From positions 1-42,104 of IMG/VR virus record IMGVR_UViG_3300024996_000054: a stretch of DNA of 42,104 nt, one strand, 5' to 3'. Positions 33,404 to 41,984 of this stretch are shown here, piece after piece. A program made the translations under genes and the position numbers. Each line of letters starts with the position of its first letter. Position 1 is the stretch's first letter. Below the pieces are notes generated by a model. The model had not been told where the DNA came from. It searched no databases and saw only the letters and a program-made list of their open reading frames with translations. This stretch comes from a virus. Taxonomy: Duplodnaviria > Caudoviricetes.

Positions 33404-34257
33404 GCCGCCGCCCTCGGTTGGCGCCGCTTCCTGACCTTTCGGAACCAGACCGTGGCGAGCCCGCGCCAGGCCGGCTTGCGGTGTTCTGCGGCATAGAGCG
33501 CAGCGTCACGGTCAGCGGTGGCCGCGCATTCACGGATGGCCACCGTCAGGTCTTCTGCATCAAACGCTTCGCAATATTCGGGATCGGTCAGCAGCAGTTC
33601 GGCGGCCTTGATCTGCCCGGCCGTCAACGGCGCCGGATCAGCCTTGGCGACAACTTCGAGGATTTTCCGCGCGCGCATCGCGCCGCGGTCGCTGGCCAGC
33701 TTCTCGATGGCGGCAATCGCGACCGTCTCGCGAGGCTTGTAAGTCTTACCGCCGGCCTGCTGGAGCAGGATCACGCCGGCACGCTCGCACACCAGATCCA
33801 CGGTCAGGGCGTCTTCGTCACCGGCAACCACGGCACTGCGGTGAAGCTGCAACTTCGTGACCGCCAGCCGGCCGGTATTCTGCCCGACGAAAGCCTGTGC
33901 TTGCTCCAGTGTGGTCGCGGCCTCGACGATCATGACCGGGATCATGCTGATGTCGGGATGGCTCGCGGCGGCGATAGCCGTGTGCTGGCCGTCCAGTACC
34001 TTGAGCACCGTCGAGCCGTCCTCGAGTTCGGCATAGGCGCAGATCGGCGGCGAGAACTTACGCCAGTCCCAAGCCTCGATCATCTGCCGGATTTTGCGCA
34101 TGCCGCGTTCGCCGATGTCGCGCTGGTAGGTCGGATCGACACACAGCAACGTCGGGTCGACGCGCTCGCAGATCGGCTCGCCGGTTTCCGGCGGCGCGGT
34201 GTCGAGGCCGGCTATGTCGATTGCTTGGATTGGTCGCAGATCAGAAGGGGACGGCAT
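33400..34257 (-). CDS. ParB/Srx-like domain protein
   Basis: VDPTYQR...WDWRKFSPPI...VLDGQHT; GGAGG RBS before ATG 34257. Confidence 0.8.
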   Translation of the reverse strand: MPSPSDLRPIQAIDIAGLDTAPPETGEPICERVDPTLLCVDPTYQRDIGERGMRKIRQMIEAWDWRKFSPPICAYAELEDGSTVLKVLDGQHTAIAAASHPDISMIPVMIVEAATTLEQAQAFVGQNTGRLAVTKLQLHRSAVVAGDEDALTVDLVCERAGVILLQQAGGKTYKPRETVAIAAIEKLASDRGAMRARKILEVVAKADPAPLTAGQIKAAELLLTDPEYCEAFDAEDLTVAIRECAATADRDAALYAAEHRKPAWRGLATVWFRKVRKRRQPRAAA

Positions 34258-34549
34258 GGGCGCCTCCCTTTTGATAGAGTTCAGGCGCCAGGGTCGGGCC
34301 GAGCGCTGGAACGACCGAAATATCGCGCCTGAGGTCGAGTTCCTTCGCAACCAATGGCATTAGGACGGCCGTCAAGTCGTCGACAGGGTCGCCCATGTTC
34401 GCCGCCGTGTGGGTCATGAGATAGAGTTTGTTGATCTCATGATCGGAAAAATTGCGCAGGAACTTCTCTACGGACTGCGCGAAGACCATGGCTAAATCAA
34501 ACTCCAGAACTTCCAGCGCTTCTTCTGCTCGATCAGATTGTTTAGTCAC
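34241..34549 (-). CDS. Hypothetical protein
   Basis: GTGA overlap with the primase gene; helical composition. Confidence 0.55.
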   Translation of the reverse strand: MTKQSDRAEEALEVLEFDLAMVFAQSVEKFLRNFSDHEINKLYLMTHTAANMGDPVDDLTAVLMPLVAKELDLRRDISVVPALGPTLAPELYQKGGAHAVPF

Positions 34550-35478
34550 GCTGCCACCCTCCGCGTCATGAGAACATCGTTCCAGTCAGTCCCGACGTCC
34601 GGCGGCATTTCGATCGATGCCATAAGCCCGGCGGCGACCAGCCGCTTCGCGAGTGCTGCTGCCGCTGCCTGCCCCGTGAACGACCTGTCATTGTCGGCGA
34701 AGATCACGATCGACCGGGCCTCCGGCGGTGGCGTCCACTTCGTCAGCAGGTCGGCATCAATCGTCGACCAGCACGCAATGCCCGTCAGAATGGATGCGGA
34801 CAGCGCTGTTTCGATACCTTCGGCAACGCCGAGCGTTTCCGCCGCCGGCGCTAGGCGAATGGCGCAGCCTGGCGGCAACGTGCTGCCGAATATGAGCTTA
34901 CGCACCGGATCGACCGGGGCCTTGCGCCCGTCGAGCGTCAGGAATGTCCGGTGGACGTTGACGGCCTTGCTGCCATCAGCCGAGGTCATGCGCGCCAGCA
35001 TCGCCGGGTGCATCTCGCCACGGCTATGCGCTGCATGTTGGACTGATCGCAGCGACGGAGAGAACGAGGCGAGATCAATGCCCCGGCCGTGAAGGTAGGC
35101 GTCGACGTGGTCGCCCTTGCGAACCGGATTACCTGCATCCCACAGCGCCCGCATCTCGGACCGCACATCAGCGGCTGAGCGCGATTTCTTTGCCGCTTCC
35201 TTCTCCACGCCACCGAGCTCAGCCTTGACCTCGATGGCCGCCCTGCTGAAATCCCAGCCCTGCATGCGCATGACGAGATCTACGCCGCTGCCGGCACCGC
35301 AGTGATTGCAGATGAACGAGCCGCGCTGGCTCCTGTCCGTGAAGCGGAAGCGGTCCTTGCCACCGCAAACCGGGCAAGGATGATGTTTGCCATCCAGCAC
35401 TTTCGGCGAGATTCCGAACCGGGGAAGGACACCGCGCCATTTGCCGGCAGCGAGGTCGAAGACATCGTCACGCGACAT
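34546..35478 (-). CDS. DNA primase (P4-alpha-type Zn finger + TOPRIM)
   Basis: HHPCPVCGGKDRFRF...CNHCGAG; VAEGIETALS; IFADND. Confidence 0.92.
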   Translation of the reverse strand: MSRDDVFDLAAGKWRGVLPRFGISPKVLDGKHHPCPVCGGKDRFRFTDRSQRGSFICNHCGAGSGVDLVMRMQGWDFSRAAIEVKAELGGVEKEAAKKSRSAADVRSEMRALWDAGNPVRKGDHVDAYLHGRGIDLASFSPSLRSVQHAAHSRGEMHPAMLARMTSADGSKAVNVHRTFLTLDGRKAPVDPVRKLIFGSTLPPGCAIRLAPAAETLGVAEGIETALSASILTGIACWSTIDADLLTKWTPPPEARSIVIFADNDRSFTGQAAAAALAKRLVAAGLMASIEMPPDVGTDWNDVLMTRRVAA

Positions 35479-36961
35479 GGTGCGCGCCCTCCCCTGCCTT
35501 CTCGGTCCTCTTCTTGGCCTTCACGAAAGCAATCAGCTTGGATGTGATCCAGTTCTGAACCTCGCGGTCAGGGCGGGTCGTGAAATTCTCATTCAAGCCC
35601 TGCGGCCAAACGCCGAACTTCTCGCGGTACTGATTGGCCGCCCAGCCCTTTTTGTAGCCGCTCTCCTGTGCCCGATAGAGCAGCATCGAATACCAACGCT
35701 GCTTATCCTCCATCGTGGCCTTGACCTGCTTGCCGCCAAGATGCGCCAGTTCGCCCTGCTTCATGGCGACGTCCTTGGCGTAGTGCGGCTCGAAGCCACA
35801 AGACGGGCATTTCCGAACGCCAGCGGGCTTCACGTAAGAGCACGACGGACATTCCTTCGGCTTCGGCGCTGGCCGCTCCGGCCGGCTGCTCGCGGATGCT
35901 TTCCGCTCGTTCCCGTCGCTCAGGCGGTCGTGATGAATGTCGGTGACGAAGCCGAGCTTGAGCGTCGTGTCGCTGTGATCGAGAATGATCGCATCAGCCT
36001 TCCCCGGCGCCGTACGCAAGGCTCGCCCGATGATTTGCACGTAGAGCATTTCTGATTTCGTCGGCCGCGCCAGGATCAGGCACCGAACGTCCCAATCAAC
36101 GCCGGTGGTCAACACGCCGACATTGACGACGACGCTGATGTCGCCGCGCTCGAATGCCTTGCGGACCGCGTCCCGCTCGGGCCGCTCAGTGTCGCCATCG
36201 ATATAGCCGACAGCCACGCCGGCTCGCTGGAAGTCGCGCTCGAGGCTACGAGCATGAGCCCGGTTCACGGCGAAGCACAGCGTCGGACGGTTCTCTCCGA
36301 GCTTCAGCCAGGTGGCTACCACGTCAGCCGTCAGCGCCGGCTTGTCCATCGCCTCCGCCAGATCGTCCTCGGCGTAGTCGCCGGCAACCGTGCGGACCCC
36401 TGTCAGGTCGGGATGGCTCGGCGCGAACACCCGGAACGGCGAGAGATAACCCTCGCGGATGAGTTGCTGCGTTGTCGCCGCGATGATCAGGTCGTCGTAG
36501 TGCTTGCCGAGCCCGCGCGTCCACGGCGTCGCCGAAAGGCCGATGAACGGCAGGTTGGGGCATTGCTGCATCCACTGGAAAATGATCCGATAGGCCCGGT
36601 GCGCCTCGTCGACGATGACCAGATCGGTGTCGGGCAGCTTCCGGCGCGATAGTGTCTGGACACTGGCGACCTGCACCGGCCGCGAATAATCCGTCATCGG
36701 GTGATCGGCCTGGATCACGCCAGCGTCGCGGATGCGCTCGTTCCAGAGCGCCTGCACCGTCTGGTCGATCAGTTCCTTTGCCGGCACCGTCATCACCACG
36801 CGCTTGCCCTTCGACAGGGCGCGCTTGATGATCTCGGCAGCGGTCTTCGTCTTGCCGGCTCCTGTCGCCATCATCAGGATCGGCCGACGCCGCCCCTCGG
36901 CCATCGCACGCCAGACGAGGTCAATCGCGGTCGCCTGGTAGGGACGAAGCTCCCCGCTCAT
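35468..36961 (-). CDS. SF2 DEAD/DEAH-box helicase with C-terminal Zn ribbon
   Basis: LRPYQ, ATGAGKT, DEAH, GLSATP, QIIGRALR, CPSC..CPSC. Confidence 0.95.
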   Translation of the reverse strand: MSGELRPYQATAIDLVWRAMAEGRRRPILMMATGAGKTKTAAEIIKRALSKGKRVVMTVPAKELIDQTVQALWNERIRDAGVIQADHPMTDYSRPVQVASVQTLSRRKLPDTDLVIVDEAHRAYRIIFQWMQQCPNLPFIGLSATPWTRGLGKHYDDLIIAATTQQLIREGYLSPFRVFAPSHPDLTGVRTVAGDYAEDDLAEAMDKPALTADVVATWLKLGENRPTLCFAVNRAHARSLERDFQRAGVAVGYIDGDTERPERDAVRKAFERGDISVVVNVGVLTTGVDWDVRCLILARPTKSEMLYVQIIGRALRTAPGKADAIILDHSDTTLKLGFVTDIHHDRLSDGNERKASASSRPERPAPKPKECPSCSYVKPAGVRKCPSCGFEPHYAKDVAMKQGELAHLGGKQVKATMEDKQRWYSMLLYRAQESGYKKGWAANQYREKFGVWPQGLNENFTTRPDREVQNWITSKLIAFVKAKKRTEKAGEGAHHVA

Positions 36962-37518
36962 GCCACACCTCGCCGAGGAAATTGGATGACGTCGGAGGTG
37001 GGCAGCATCGGGCCGGCCGGGGGCTCTCCCCTGTCAGTGCTATATCCTGATACCTGAGTACTATGCTCCTCCTGATAGGCCTCTTCTGGGTTAACTGGGT
37101 TATATTCCCCGGCACGCGGTGCCGGTTGCAGAGGCACGCGGTGCCGGTTGCAAGGTTTGCTGCTAGCGGCACGCGGTGCCGGTTGCAGAGGCGCTTTGAG
37201 AGCCTTTCTGATTGCCTGGACGACGGCCCTCGACACGTCAAAATTGCGATCGAGCGCCAGGATAACCAGGTCGGTTGTGCGCCCGTATTTTCCCTTGCTA
37301 CGGGGCCTGCGGGCGATGATTTCAAGACGCTCCAGCACCACCAGCGAGTAGCGCACGGCCCGCTCTTTCATGCCCGCTTCGGCGGCAATTGCGGCCTGAG
37401 ACTTGCGGCATTCGCCGGTCCCCTTGTCTGCCGCCCACGCCAGCGCGACGAGAACCAACTTGAGCGTACGGTCTTGAATGCGCTGCTTGCTTGCCCAGCT
37501 TCTCGCTTCCTTGCTCAT
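36958..37518 (-). CDS. Replication initiator-like HTH protein carrying iterons
   Basis: SWA...KLVLVALAWAAD...SQAAIAAEAGMKERAVRYSLVVLE wHTH; internal 20-bp repeats. Confidence 0.75.
   Translation of the reverse strand: MSKEARSWASKQRIQDRTLKLVLVALAWAADKGTGECRKSQAAIAAEAGMKERAVRYSLVVLERLEIIARRPRSKGKYGRTTDLVILALDRNFDVSRAVVQAIRKALKAPLQPAPRAASSKPCNRHRVPLQPAPRAGEYNPVNPEEAYQEEHSTQVSGYSTDRGEPPAGPMLPTSDVIQFPRRGVA
37111..37187. repeat. Three 20-bp iterons, putative replication origin
   Basis: GGCACGCGGTGCCGGTTGCA at 37111, 37133 and 37168, next to the AT-richer GGTTAACTGGGTTATATT. Confidence 0.82.
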
Positions 37519-38417
37519 GCTGCGACGGCCTCCTTCACCTGCTCGAAGGTGTCGATCAGGGCAGAGAGGCGCTGGCACATGGCGGCGCGCTTGTTCGGCG
37601 GGCAGAGGCGGCGGAAGTCATCGGATGTCAGACTTCCAAGAAATTCGATGGCACCCCGAAGGTCGGCGAATGTCACAGGCGGGTTCGAAGGCTCGGCCGG
37701 TGCCGCACGGACGGCGACCGCCTTCGGCCTCAGTTGCTTCTCTCTCTCCATGTCGAGATCGCGCCTGACGGTCGCGACCTGCTGGTCGGGCTCGATCCTC
37801 TTGATCTTGTCGAGGTAGGTTCCGGTGTCGAGCGCAGTGCCCCGCACCATCTCGAGCGCAGCTTCACAGACTTTTTCGCCACGCTCGGCGTCTCGGCGAA
37901 CGCTGCGTTCGTCCTTGCCGGTTGCGGCGGCTGTGGAACTGGCGAAGGACGCAATGGACAAGTTGTCCGTTGCGTTGCCCTGCGCGGCGTTGCTGGCATG
38001 GGCGCCGGCGATGTGCAGCGCGGTCTCCGGATGAAGTTCGAGATAGATCGCCTTGCGCCGTGCCGTCTGCTGCGCGCGATCGACAGGGCTCAATTCCGCC
38101 CGGCAGAGGTTTTCGTCGATCATCGCAAGTTCGGCGCAAAGATCGTCGTCCGGGACCAGGATGCAGGCGATCTCCCGCCAGCCGAGCGCGTCGCAGGCAG
38201 CGAAGCGATGCGCGCCGGCAGTGACCTCGTAGCCGCCTTCCCAATCGATATGCCCGTTCGCGTCTGTGACACGGCGAATCCGGATCGGATTGATCAACCC
38301 GACTTCCCCGATGCTGTCGGCGAGCGCGGCGAGGGCATCGTCGTTGAGCGCCCGGGCGTTCGGGTGCCGACGAATATCTTCAATCGGCACCATGGCGATC
38401 GTGGGGGCCTCACTCAT
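37515..38417 (-). CDS. ParB N-terminal domain protein
   Basis: LADSIGEVGLINPI...AGAHRFAAC..LGW...IDENLCRAELS. Confidence 0.88.
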   Translation of the reverse strand: MSEAPTIAMVPIEDIRRHPNARALNDDALAALADSIGEVGLINPIRIRRVTDANGHIDWEGGYEVTAGAHRFAACDALGWREIACILVPDDDLCAELAMIDENLCRAELSPVDRAQQTARRKAIYLELHPETALHIAGAHASNAAQGNATDNLSIASFASSTAAATGKDERSVRRDAERGEKVCEAALEMVRGTALDTGTYLDKIKRIEPDQQVATVRRDLDMEREKQLRPKAVAVRAAPAEPSNPPVTFADLRGAIEFLGSLTSDDFRRLCPPNKRAAMCQRLSALIDTFEQVKEAVAA

Positions 38418-38605
38418 GCCGCCCTCCGATCCCCCGCCGCCTTGAGAGCGGCGAGGATTTCCGATTGCGGCCAGCGGGAGAGCGAGCCGAGCTTGACGGG
38501 CCTGGGGAGGGTGCCGTCAGTGATACGCCGGTATAGCGTCGGCTGGCTGATCTGCAGGAAGGCGGCGACTTCGCGCGCGGTGAGGAGGGGATCGACGGAG
38601 ATCAT
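38414..38605 (-). CDS. AlpA-family transcriptional regulator
   Basis: LLTAREVAAFLQISQPTLYRRITDGTLPRPVKLGSLSRW. Confidence 0.88.
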   Translation of the reverse strand: MISVDPLLTAREVAAFLQISQPTLYRRITDGTLPRPVKLGSLSRWPQSEILAALKAAGDRRAA

Positions 38606-38808
38606 GCCGCGTCTCCTTCCTCTGACAATCTATCCAGAGTGGCCTTTGCCGATTGGAGATGGCTGAGGGCGACCGCCGCCGCATGACTTACAGCGTGCCT
38701 GTGCTCGGATGCCATGGCGCCAGACGCCATGAACAAGAGCCGGACCAAGTAGATGCCGCTGTCGAGCTTGTCGCGGGCGTCCAGCATGTCGGGGAGGTCG
38801 CTGGTCAT
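38602..38808 (-). CDS. Hypothetical protein
   Basis: GGAGG RBS; ATGA overlaps on both sides. Confidence 0.65.
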   Translation of the reverse strand: MTSDLPDMLDARDKLDSGIYLVRLLFMASGAMASEHRHAVSHAAAVALSHLQSAKATLDRLSEEGDAA

Positions 38809-39023
38809 GAGCGCGCCTCCCGAAGGTGGAAGTCGATCTTGTCCAGAACTTCGCCAACAAGGTCTCTCGAGATATCCGCACATTCGCGCAGCCCGGCGAG
38901 GACGGCACCTGGCCGATCATCCGGCATGTTCTCCAGCGCCTCGGCCGCAAAGCTGACCAATGTCAGCAGATTGAGAACGCGGTAGCATTTGTCGGTCTCG
39001 GCCTTCGTGATTTCGCCCTTCAT
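38805..39023 (-). CDS. Hypothetical protein
   Basis: ATGA overlaps on both sides; helical. Confidence 0.65.
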   Translation of the reverse strand: MKGEITKAETDKCYRVLNLLTLVSFAAEALENMPDDRPGAVLAGLRECADISRDLVGEVLDKIDFHLREARS

Positions 39024-39478
39024 GCCGCCCGCCTTTCCTGCCGACGCGCAGCAGCGGCGTCTCGGATCGAGCCGGTAGCGATGGCCGATACCTCGTCCAA
39101 CTGGTCAGCAAGGTCGGCTTCAAAGCCGATGATGGCCCAAGCCCGCCGCTCAATTTCGAACGCGCCTGTGGGCTTCGCCGCTTTCGCCACGTTCACCGCC
39201 GCCTGCTCGTATCCTTGCAGAAAGTCGAGAACGTCTTCGACCAAATCGCCGACCGGGTTGTTGAAGCCTTCGGAATTGGTGCACCGAGGCTGGATGCTCA
39301 GCCCCATCAGCACCTCGTTGACGACGTGGATGACGTCGCGAAAATCGTGCAGATGTTTCATCGACATCTGCCGTAGCGCGTCCATCTCGATCGAGAAGGC
39401 GAGCTTGCCCGCCGGGGCCGATGGATCGCGTGCGCTTGCTTCCGGCAGCGCGCCGGTGGTATGTTCAGGCGTGTTCAT
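39020..39478 (-). CDS. Hypothetical protein
   Basis: AAGGA RBS before ATG 39478; early operon. Confidence 0.7.
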   Translation of the reverse strand: MNTPEHTTGALPEASARDPSAPAGKLAFSIEMDALRQMSMKHLHDFRDVIHVVNEVLMGLSIQPRCTNSEGFNNPVGDLVEDVLDFLQGYEQAAVNVAKAAKPTGAFEIERRAWAIIGFEADLADQLDEVSAIATGSIRDAAAARRQERRAA

Positions 39479-39565
39479 TTGCTTTTCCTTGCTGGGGATT
39501 GCTGGAACCATGGCTCGGCGAGGCTGCTACCTCTGCCGGGCCTTTCTCATTCTGGAGAGCGGGCA

Positions 39566-39772
39566 TCAGGCGGCCCTCCCGATGCTCGTCCGCAGGCCGA
39601 GCTTTTCGGCCAGCGGGGCGACCGGGACCATGATGCGGCCGCCGATCTTGATTGTGGGAATGTCGCCGCGCTTCGCGGCTTCGTAGCTACTGTTTCGACC
39701 AAGCCCGAAGAACAAGGCACCGGCGTCGGTGACCGAGATGGTCGGGCGGGATAGCGCTTCGTCAACTGTCAT
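39566..39772 (-). CDS. Excisionase/Cox-like HTH protein, first early gene
   Basis: TISVTDAGALFFGLGRNSSYEAAKRGDIPTIKIGGRIMVP; divergent from regulator-int. Confidence 0.85.
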   Translation of the reverse strand: MTVDEALSRPTISVTDAGALFFGLGRNSSYEAAKRGDIPTIKIGGRIMVPVAPLAEKLGLRTSIGRAA

Positions 39773-39788
39773 GGCCTGTCCCGTTTCG

Positions 39789-39863
39789 TACGTATCGTGC
39801 GTACGATTGATTTAGTCGCACGAAATTAACGGTCTTGCAACCCATTCGTACGCACGATACGTA
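39789..39863. promoter_or_regulatory. Divergent switch region with 18-bp perfect inverted repeat
   Basis: TACGTATCGTGCGTACGA (39789-39806) and TCGTACGCACGATACGTA (39846-39863); palindromic TTGCAA at 39835-39840. Confidence 0.78.
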
Positions 39864-39885
39864 TCTTATCCCGGAGAAAATTCGA

Positions 39886-40662
39886 ATGGCCCGGCCCAGA
39901 CTCGGCGAAAGCGACACAGAGCGCTTGCACATGAAAATCACGGCGAAGGAGCTGGCAGCGATAGATGACTGGCGCTTCAGCAACCGCGTGCCGTCGCGAT
40001 CCGAAGCAGTACGGCGCCTCTGTTCAGTGGCGATCGTTGCGCTTAGTGGACTGGATAAACTTAAGCGGATGGCCGAAAATGCGAGCGTGCGTGCACTTGA
40101 TGACCATGAACATATCGGGGGGCTGTTCAGAGGCCTTTTAACTGATGCGGCCGATGGGAACGAACGCGGCTTCACTTATGAGGAGGCAAAAGACCTTCTG
40201 CACGACGTTTCCGATCGCGCTTACTGGCAGGAACAACATTCCCGCTATTTAAATCGCATCATTGCGGGGCTTTGCGCTGCGACCGATATGTTTGCGGACC
40301 CACAGAGCTTTGCTGCAGCTGAACGGAATGCGCGAGAAAGACTGGAGGAACTCGACGCGTTCATAGAATTACAACATAACTCGTTGGAATTGTTGACGGC
40401 GAGCCACGCCAGATCATCTGTCTTTAGATCTATGACGGATGCGGAGAGGTCTCACCTCGATTCGTTGGAGGACCACGAAGAACGGATCGATTATCTCGAT
40501 CAAAAGGTCGCCAAGTATCTCGCAAGTCGGCGCAGGCGCGATAAACGACTGAGAGACAAACTACGCAAAGAAGACGAGCAAATAAGACTGAAAGCGCAGG
40601 CTATATTTCGGCAAGAGATCAACATCGACAATTCGGACGAGGCGGACGAGGAAGCAAGATGA
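39886..40662 (+). CDS. Putative immunity repressor with N-terminal ribbon-helix-helix domain
   Basis: GGAG RBS; TERLHMKITAKELAAIDDWRFSNRVPSRSEAVRRL; ATGA-coupled to int. Confidence 0.72.
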   Translation: MARPRLGESDTERLHMKITAKELAAIDDWRFSNRVPSRSEAVRRLCSVAIVALSGLDKLKRMAENASVRALDDHEHIGGLFRGLLTDAADGNERGFTYEEAKDLLHDVSDRAYWQEQHSRYLNRIIAGLCAATDMFADPQSFAAAERNARERLEELDAFIELQHNSLELLTASHARSSVFRSMTDAERSHLDSLEDHEERIDYLDQKVAKYLASRRRRDKRLRDKLRKEDEQIRLKAQAIFRQEINIDNSDEADEEAR

Positions 40663-41813
40663 AAGGCCATATCCGCGAGCGCAGCCCCGGCAAATGGGCG
40701 ATAGTCATCGACATTCAGGGCGAGGACGGCAAGCGCCGGCGGAAGTGGCATGCCTTCGCAGGAACGAAGCGCCAGGCGCAAGAGGAATGCGCGCGGCTGA
40801 TCACCGCGTTGAAGCACGGCAATTACGTCGAGCCAACCAAGCAGACGGTCGCGCAGTTCCTCGACGAGTGGCTGGACTTCATCAAGCCGTCCGTCTCGCC
40901 CAAGACCCTTGAACGCTACGCGGAAATCTGCCGGAAGAGCATTGCGCCTCTGATTGGAGACGGGACGCTGGCGAAGCTTAAAACCGACCGCATCGATGCT
41001 GCCTTCGCCAAGGCTCTCACAGAAGGCCGCAGGGACGGCAAGGGCGGCCTTGCGCCGCGCACTGTCCACCATATGCGCCGGATCTTCATCAAGGCCCTGA
41101 ACCAGGCTGTGACGTGGGAGAGGCTGGCAAAGAACCCTGCCCTCGCCACCACCCCTCCGAAGGTCGAGCGCCAGAAGATACTGGCCTATGACGCGGTGCA
41201 GACAGCAGAGCTTCTCGGCGCCGTCCGGTCTACCCGAATGTTCATCCCTGTCCTGCTTGCCGTCATGTGCGGCCTGCGCCGTGGAGAGGTCGCGGCCTTG
41301 CGCTGGCGCAGTGTCGAGCTTGGCGACAACCGGCGCCAGCTAGCGGTGATCCAGAGCGCCGAGCAGACGAAGGACGGCATCCGTTACAAAGAGCCCAAGT
41401 CGGGCAAGGCGCGCACCGTGGCGCTGTCATCCACGGTCGTGGCGGAGTTGAAGGCGCATCGGGCGCAGCAAGCGGAGGAACTGCTCCGCCTCGGTATCCG
41501 GCTCGAGGATGACAGCTTCGTCGTAGCCCAAGCTGACGGCGCGCCTCTGCAACCGCAATCGATCACCCATGAGTGGGTGCGGATCTTGAACAAGACCGCC
41601 CTGCCCCGCATCCGCTTCCATGATCTCCGGCACACGCACGCTTCGCAGATGCTCGCGGCCGGCGTGCATCCCAAGATCGCCAGCGAACGGCTTGGGCATT
41701 CGAGCATCGGCATAACACTTGATCTCTATAGCCACGTCATGCCGGGCATGCAGGCAGATGCTGCCGAGCAGGTTGACGCGGCGATCTGGAGCGCGGTAAA
41801 GCCCGAGCGCTGA
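40659..41813 (+). CDS. int: Tyrosine integrase
   Basis: MKGHIRER..GKWAI arm-binding domain; GLRRGE, K, HDLRH, LGHS, LDLYSH catalytic residues; adjacent to attR. Confidence 0.97.
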   Translation: MKGHIRERSPGKWAIVIDIQGEDGKRRRKWHAFAGTKRQAQEECARLITALKHGNYVEPTKQTVAQFLDEWLDFIKPSVSPKTLERYAEICRKSIAPLIGDGTLAKLKTDRIDAAFAKALTEGRRDGKGGLAPRTVHHMRRIFIKALNQAVTWERLAKNPALATTPPKVERQKILAYDAVQTAELLGAVRSTRMFIPVLLAVMCGLRRGEVAALRWRSVELGDNRRQLAVIQSAEQTKDGIRYKEPKSGKARTVALSSTVVAELKAHRAQQAEELLRLGIRLEDDSFVVAQADGAPLQPQSITHEWVRILNKTALPRIRFHDLRHTHASQMLAAGVHPKIASERLGHSSIGITLDLYSHVMPGMQADAAEQVDAAIWSAVKPER

Positions 41814-41818
41814 AAGGC

Positions 41819-41840
41819 ATTCGGTAGCAAAATGGTAGCA
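41819..41840. repeat. Putative integrase arm-type site
   Basis: Exact 22-bp copy of 1433-1454. Confidence 0.75.
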
Positions 41841-41891
41841 GCGGCCTGAACCACCCTTGCGGAAACGCCAAAAAAGCTAGCGATATCAATA

Positions 41892-41933
41892 CGTGGAAGG
41901 GTGGCCGAGTGGTTTAAGGCAGCGGTCTTGAAA
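41892..41933 (+). repeat. attR core
   Basis: Identical to 1275-1316. Confidence 0.96.
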
Positions 41934-41984
41934 ACCGCCGTGGGTGCAAGCCCACCGTGAGTTCGAATCTCACCCCTTCCGCCA
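41895..41984 (+). tRNA. tRNA-Ser (anticodon TGA), 90 nt
   Basis: Acceptor GGAAGGG/CCCTTCC-GCCA, anticodon arm GCGGT-CTTGAAA-ACCGC, long variable arm GTGGG..CCCAC, T-loop TTCGAAT. Confidence 0.97.

Larger units (their letters stand above)
1275..41933. mobile_element. Integrated temperate prophage (podovirus-like), ~40.7 kb
   Basis: Bounded by a perfect 42-bp direct repeat; contains integrase, replication, packaging, capsid, tail, ejection and lysis genes. Confidence 0.96.

Noticed and set aside
37111-37187. 20-bp repeats as a CRISPR array
   Set aside because: Gaps of only 2 and 15 bp, located inside a CDS, no cas genes; better explained as iterons.
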